From Mobula hypostoma (Eukaryota), in assembly GCF_963921235.1 (NCBI RefSeq), contig NC_086109.1, positions 20,958,001 to 21,022,000 on the forward strand: a DNA stretch of 64,000 nt. Reading direction: 5' to 3'. Shown in pieces: positions 63,740 through 64,000 of this stretch. How positions within the stretch are numbered: the stretch's first letter is position 1; every line of letters starts with the position of its first letter. The notes below the pieces were generated by a model. The model did not search any database. It worked only from the letters and a program-made list of their open reading frames with translations, and was not told the DNA's origin. Made by a program: the position numbers and the translations under genes.

Positions 63740-64000
63740 CACTCAGTGGCCACTTTATTAGGTACCTTCAGTCACAGAGTGTATGTTTGTGGTCTTCTGC
63801 TGCTGTAGCCCATCCACTTCAAGGTTTGACTATGTTGTGCATTCAGAGATGTTCTTCTGCACACTACTGTGGTAACGCATGGTTATTTGATTTACTGTTG
63901 CCTTCCTGTCAGCTTGAACCAGTCTGGTCATTCTCCTCTGGCCTCTCTCACTAACAAGGCATTTTCACCAACAGAACTGCCGCTCATTGGATGTTTTTTT
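63740..64000 (+). mobile_element. Non-autonomous Tc1-like element, left part; runs off the window
   Basis: TA|CACTCAGTGGCCACTTTATTAGGTAC terminus. A reverse remnant TAAAGTGGCCACTGAGT is at 3711-3727. Confidence 0.75.

Noticed and set aside
60402..64000. Further PPM1J exons (GVTRGLGDH-type)
   Set aside because: Not found; the region is repeat-derived, so upstream exons probably lie outside the window.

Overview
Vertebrate genomic DNA, repeat-rich. The CR1/Penelope/Rex1/V-SINE landscape suggests a cartilaginous fish, probably a ray (inference). Two host genes lie on the minus strand. (1) A complete RhoC-type small GTPase gene: four coding exons (18701-18856, 18141-18261, 17924-18054, 8092-8262) giving 192 aa ending in CAAX CVLL, with a probable non-coding first exon and CpG-island promoter at about 29.3-29.8 kb. 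(2) The last two coding exons of a PPM1J/PPM1H-type PP2C phosphatase (60250-60401, 57616-57754). The tandem order matches the human PPM1J-RHOC arrangement. The rest is mostly decayed, often nested mobile elements: CR1, L1-type, Rex1/Babar, Penelope-like (PLE), Gypsy gag, tRNA-SINEs and Tc1/Tigger MITEs. Most notable non-gene signals: the PLE termini carry a minimal type I hammerhead ribozyme motif (core-intact copy at 63334-63371, about ten decayed copies); short hairpin-forming inverted PLE derivatives; a Tigger MITE whose interior resembles mammalian MER2; and an orphan PBX/PREP + NF-Y promoter-like module at about 47.65 kb. Repeat boundaries were read by eye and are approximate unless a TSD or TIR is quoted. 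No database search was run.
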